The position numbers were made by a program, and so were the translations under genes. A stretch of 64,000 nt of DNA, taken from NCBI GenBank assembly GCA_050950765.1, contig JBMNIF010000002.1, positions 736,001 through 800,000 on the forward strand. Direction: 5' to 3'. The notes below the pieces were generated by a model that was not told where the DNA came from, did no database searches, and saw only the letters and a program-made list of their open reading frames with translations. The stretch comes from Bdellovibrionota bacterium (GTDB taxonomy: Bacteria; Bdellovibrionota_C; UBA2361; JAAYZI01). Positions 61,266-64,000 of this stretch are shown here, piece after piece; the stretch's first letter is position 1; each line of letters opens with the position of its first letter.

Positions 61266-63998
61266 TTATTCGCACACTTCAATAACATCACTGAATCTTG
61301 TTAAAACCTGTTTCACGCTTCTTAGTTTTTTCCTTAAAGCTCGCACTTCTTTTTGACCTTTAACATTAAGTGAAACACCGTGCTTTTTTCCTAAGTTTAT
61401 TCCAGCTGTGGTGAGTCTTCTTAACCGTTCACTATTTTTGCGAAACTCCCGTTTTAAATTTCTTAAATACTTTTCGGAACACTTGTTTGGATTGCAAACA
61501 GTTGTTTCAAGTATAGGCAATTGAAAACTTTCATCATAAGCATCTTGGAAGGTTAGATACGCTTTAAGTCTCTGATTACCGATCTGGCGTTTAAAGGTAG
61601 TTTTATGTTTTCCACGTCTTAATAGGATCCCTAAGACCCTTCGAGAGCTACTATAAAGGTCTGCTAAAGAATTACCCAATATGATCCTTTCTGCCGTCAT
61701 ATCTCGCAAATTGGTGCAATTATTTAAAGCGCTATCTCTCGTTTTTTCACCTTTAAAGGTAAAGAAATTTTCGCTTATCTCTGCTGTGAGTGTTACCTTT
61801 GGTTTCTCCATATTGTAGGTGTATTTCTGCATACGGAAGATGTAGTTCCAGTTTTTTATACTATTCTTGAAAATGACGGTGCCAGTTGAATCGGTGTTGC
61901 GACACCCCAATTCACCGCCGCAAACAAGAGCGTTAGGAATACCGACTCTATCTTCCGTTATCTTAACATTGAAGGTGACCTTTCTACCTCTATCGGGTTG
62001 AGCAACTTCATTGATAACAGCGAAGTTATTACTCACTCCACTTGCGCCACTAGTTACGTGTTGCGCCGTAATTGTCACAACACCACTGTTTCTTAATCTT
62101 ATGATGTGTTCAGAAAGGATGCCGTTTAAAAACGGTTGTGTTGTGCCTGTTCCTCGTCTTGCCGTAGCACCTGAAACGGAAACTTCAACACTTTCTTGGA
62201 AGTGATCAACTAAATTGTTGTATCTATCAAAAGCGGTGATCTTAATAGCAAAATCTTTTTTGATCAGTTGAGTTGGGATAAATCCTCCGACAATATTTTC
62301 AATTCTAAAATATCCAACCGTTGCAGCTTGAACTCTGAATTGATTTGATACTCCGCTTTGAGTGCCGTTACTGTATCTTGCGGTGAGGATATGTTGTCCC
62401 GCTAAAGTTAAAGTTACGGCATGAGAACTTAAGACTCCGTTTGTAAAGGGTGCGCTCACTTTTCCACTTACAACTTCAGAGATATCGGAGGTTATATTAA
62501 CAGTGCCGTTAAATCTATTCGCTAAATTATTATAAACATCATAGGCGGTGATCTTGACATTAAAAGGCGTTCCCGCAGTTTGAAGTCCGATCTCGCCGCC
62601 TGCTGCGTGCACTAGGGTGAAGTGGTCAAGGGTCGTGTGCACTACATCAAAATTATTTGAGGGGCCTACTTCTTCTCCTACACTATTTTTTGCTAAAAGT
62701 GAAAATGTTCCTGCTTTAGTTAATTTAATTGTGTGAAGAAGCTCTCCGTTCGTGAGAGGTGGTGTTGTGCCGCCACCTTCTTGAATGGCACCTTCAGATA
62801 TACTTATCTCAGTAGTTCCGTTAAAAGATCTAACCGTATTATTAAAGATATCGAGAGCGCGGATCTTTATTCTAAACGGCACCCCTGCCGTCTGCTCTAA
62901 GATATTGCCTGTAACCTCACCTTCAATTCTAAAATGATGAAGCGCTGTGTGTATTATAGTAATGTCATTGCTTCGACCGTTCCTACCTGTAACCTCATCT
63001 GTTGCAATAATAACGGAGATACCTGCTAATGAAAGACTGACATTGTGCTCTGCTAAAAATCCGTTAACGAAGTTTGCCGTTGCACCAGCACCAGAAAGTA
63101 GGTTCCCTGTTGATGAGATAGTAGTCGTGCCGTTAAAAGATTTAACGATATTTTCGAATTCATCGAGAGCTGTGATCTGGATAGGAAAAACTTCACCAGC
63201 ATAGTGATCTGAAATATTACCACCGTGTTTCTTTTCAATTAAAAATCTATAAAGTGGCGCATGTGTGACGTTAAATTGATTAGTTGTGCCGCTAGATCCA
63301 GAAAGTGCTTCGGTAGCACTTATAATATATCCATCTAAAGCAGTTTCTATATTTAGCTTATGGTTTGTTAAAACTCCTGCTGTAAAGTTTGGTGTTATGC
63401 CTCCGCCACCTGCAAGAGAGCCTATATTTGACGACAGATTCACTGTACCTGTAAAACTTGTTGCGGTGTTATTGTAGCTATCACGAGCTGTGATAGTTAT
63501 ACCGAAGTCCACTCCCGCAATCTGAGCAGCCACATCTCCACCTCCGTGAGCTTCAACGAGAAGGTTGTTGATGTTGCCGTGAGTGACGTTAAAGGTGTTA
63601 CTGTTTGAAGTTTTTTCTGCAGATTCTGCGGATTCTTTACCCGTTGCGGAGATATGAGTATCTCCAACACTACTGAAAGCAATGTCGTGTCTTGCTAAGA
63701 AGCCGTTTACAAAGGCGTTACTAACTCCCTCACCTTCGCGCAGAGTTTTGTTTGAGCCTATATTAACTGTTCCGTTAAAAGTTGTGACCCGATTGTCGTA
63801 CTTATCTAGCGCTGTGACCTGAATTGAAAAAACGTTATCGGTACTTTTCTCCGTAATATTACCACCTGTGCCAGCAGTTTCAATCAGAAATTTTTCAAGG
63901 TTTGTATGAGAGACTTCAAAAGCGTTACTCTCTGATTCGGTTGTTCCGCTTCTAACGGTGATCGTACAATCTTCAGCGGCGCTTGTTAATGTTATTTT
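61266..63998 (-). CDS. Large Ig-like-repeat surface protein (partial, 5' end beyond the window)
   Basis: The frame stays open from 63998 through the track's start at 63533. At least six ~100-aa repeats (F.I.ITA.D.Y.N....FNGT..I......F.NG.L..H) and a basic, Cys-containing C-terminal domain. Confidence 0.9.
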   Translation of the reverse strand, partial: KITLTSAAEDCTITVRSGTTESESNAFEVSHTNLEKFLIETAGTGGNITEKSTDNVFSIQVTALDKYDNRVTTFNGTVNIGSNKTLREGEGVSNAFVNGFLARHDIAFSSVGDTHISATGKESAESAEKTSNSNTFNVTHGNINNLLVEAHGGGDVAAQIAGVDFGITITARDSYNNTATSFTGTVNLSSNIGSLAGGGGITPNFTAGVLTNHKLNIETALDGYIISATEALSGSSGTTNQFNVTHAPLYRFLIEKKHGGNISDHYAGEVFPIQITALDEFENIVKSFNGTTTISSTGNLLSGAGATANFVNGFLAEHNVSLSLAGISVIIATDEVTGRNGRSNDITIIHTALHHFRIEGEVTGNILEQTAGVPFRIKIRALDIFNNTVRSFNGTTEISISEGAIQEGGGTTPPLTNGELLHTIKLTKAGTFSLLAKNSVGEEVGPSNNFDVVHTTLDHFTLVHAAGGEIGLQTAGTPFNVKITAYDVYNNLANRFNGTVNITSDISEVVSGKVSAPFTNGVLSSHAVTLTLAGQHILTARYSNGTQSGVSNQFRVQAATVGYFRIENIVGGFIPTQLIKKDFAIKITAFDRYNNLVDHFQESVEVSVSGATARRGTGTTQPFLNGILSEHIIRLRNSGVVTITAQHVTSGASGVSNNFAVINEVAQPDRGRKVTFNVKITEDRVGIPNALVCGGELGCRNTDSTGTVIFKNSIKNWNYIFRMQKYTYNMEKPKVTLTAEISENFFTFKGEKTRDSALNNCTNLRDMTAERIILGNSLADLYSSSRRVLGILLRRGKHKTTFKRQIGNQRLKAYLTFQDAYDESFQLPILETTVCNPNKCSEKYLRNLKREFRKNSERLRRLTTAGINLGKKHGVSLNVKGQKEVRALRKKLRSVKQVLTRFSDVIEVCE

Positions 63999-64000
63999 AG

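Noticed and set aside
63531..63533. GTG start for the Ig-like protein given in the ORF track
   Set aside because: The frame remains open to the window edge with further copies of the same repeat.

Overview
64-kb chromosomal segment of a moderately AT-rich Gram-negative bacterium. The pilB/pilC/pilS-pilR-type locus, rpoH, msbA, ruvX-mltG and the Cys-rich/Pro-Thr-rich secreted proteins suggest a Deltaproteobacteria/Bdellovibrionota-like lineage (inference). Contents in order: the end of an uncharacterised membrane-protein/GlmL-like ATPase operon, amino-sugar genes (SIS, PIG-L, NagD), an internally duplicated orphan, housekeeping genes, a type IV pilus locus, a MoxR-DUF58-VWA operon, purT, surA, PMM/PGM, a diverged UvrA-like gene, hemH, DUF374-msbA, a transposase N-terminal relic, a radical SAM fusion and three very large secreted repeat proteins. 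Most notable: (1) a PilS-PilR-like single-chain fusion (membrane domain, PAS, sigma54 AAA+, HTH) with no kinase or receiver domain, in a locus that also lacks pilT; (2) a ~50-56 bp non-coding repeat family at two loci, each starting at a stop codon and together bracketing 14 kb in inverted orientation; (3) a sigma28-like promoter motif shared by pilB and a 3365-aa RCC1 protein; (4) near-identical 1.57-kb propeller triplication in that protein; (5) the GlmL-like operon with no mutase in view. No rRNA, tRNA, CRISPR array or intact mobile element was recognised. All family calls come from reading motifs by eye; no database search was run.
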